Shown here one piece after another: positions 63,768 to 64,000 of a DNA stretch of 64,000 nt. A program made the translations under genes and the position numbers. The notes under the pieces are model-generated. The model was given only the letters and a program-made list of their open reading frames with translations. It made no database searches and was not told the origin of the DNA. Each line of letters begins with the position of its first letter. Position 1 is the first letter of the stretch. This DNA comes from Lama glama (taxonomy: Eukaryota), in contig CM052816.1 of assembly GCA_028534125.1 (NCBI GenBank), positions 49,230,001 to 49,294,000 of the forward strand. The letters run 5' to 3'.

Positions 63768-64000
63768 CATTTTAAATTTAGGTCTAAAACATATGTTTGT
63801 TTTAATATATAAATATTAAATGGATGTAAATTCTATGTCTAGATTTTTTTCTTTTTTTCCTTGTGGATGTCCAGTTGTCCCAGCACTATTTGTTGAAAAG
63901 ATGTTTTTTTCCTCATTGTAGTACCTTTGTCCCTTTGTCAATCAGTTGACTATATTTATGTGAGTCTATTTCCAGGCTCTGTATTCATTCCACTATTCTG
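63768..64000 (-). mobile_element. LINE-1 ORF2 fragment, antisense, running off the window
   Basis: 'gtggatgtccagttgtcccagcactatttgttgaaaag...atcagttgactatatttatgtgagtctatttccaggctctgtatt'. Confidence 0.9.

Noticed and set aside
1..64000. All ORFs in the supplied track as protein-coding genes
   Set aside because: They are short (60-137 aa) and many have TTG/GTG starts. None resembles a cellular protein I recognise, and several are L1 ORF2 fragments or readings across LTR, L2 or MER elements. This is eukaryotic non-coding DNA.

Overview
This window is AT-rich, CpG-depleted mammalian non-coding DNA, either intergenic or deep intronic. It is most likely from a camelid, judged from a tRNA-Ala-derived SINE of the camelid vic-1 type at 16667-16809. 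I could not support any protein-coding gene, tRNA, rRNA or CRISPR array. The ORF track consists of chance ORFs and fragments or antisense readings of decayed repeats; for example, 26242-26508 is LINE-1 ORF2. The sequence is mostly old interspersed repeats: L1, L2, MIR, CR1/L3, MaLR/ERVL/ERV1 LTRs, and MER58/MER5/MER2 DNA transposons. Two repeat-poor blocks (~17.3-23.7 kb and ~47.6-54.4 kb) may hold regulatory DNA. The most notable observations are: an ungapped 124-bp direct duplication 2 kb apart that I cannot assign to a repeat; a degenerate interstitial telomere-like array; a two-LTR fossil ERV-L provirus with recognisable gag and dUTPase remnants; an ETS/FOX:ETS motif cluster; and a CpG-retaining region at 60.2-61.15 kb with strong splice sites around a 22-nt candidate micro-exon and a perfect CRE. 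I found no convincing novel biological system. Repeat family names come from recalled consensus sequences and were assigned by eye, and boundaries are approximate.
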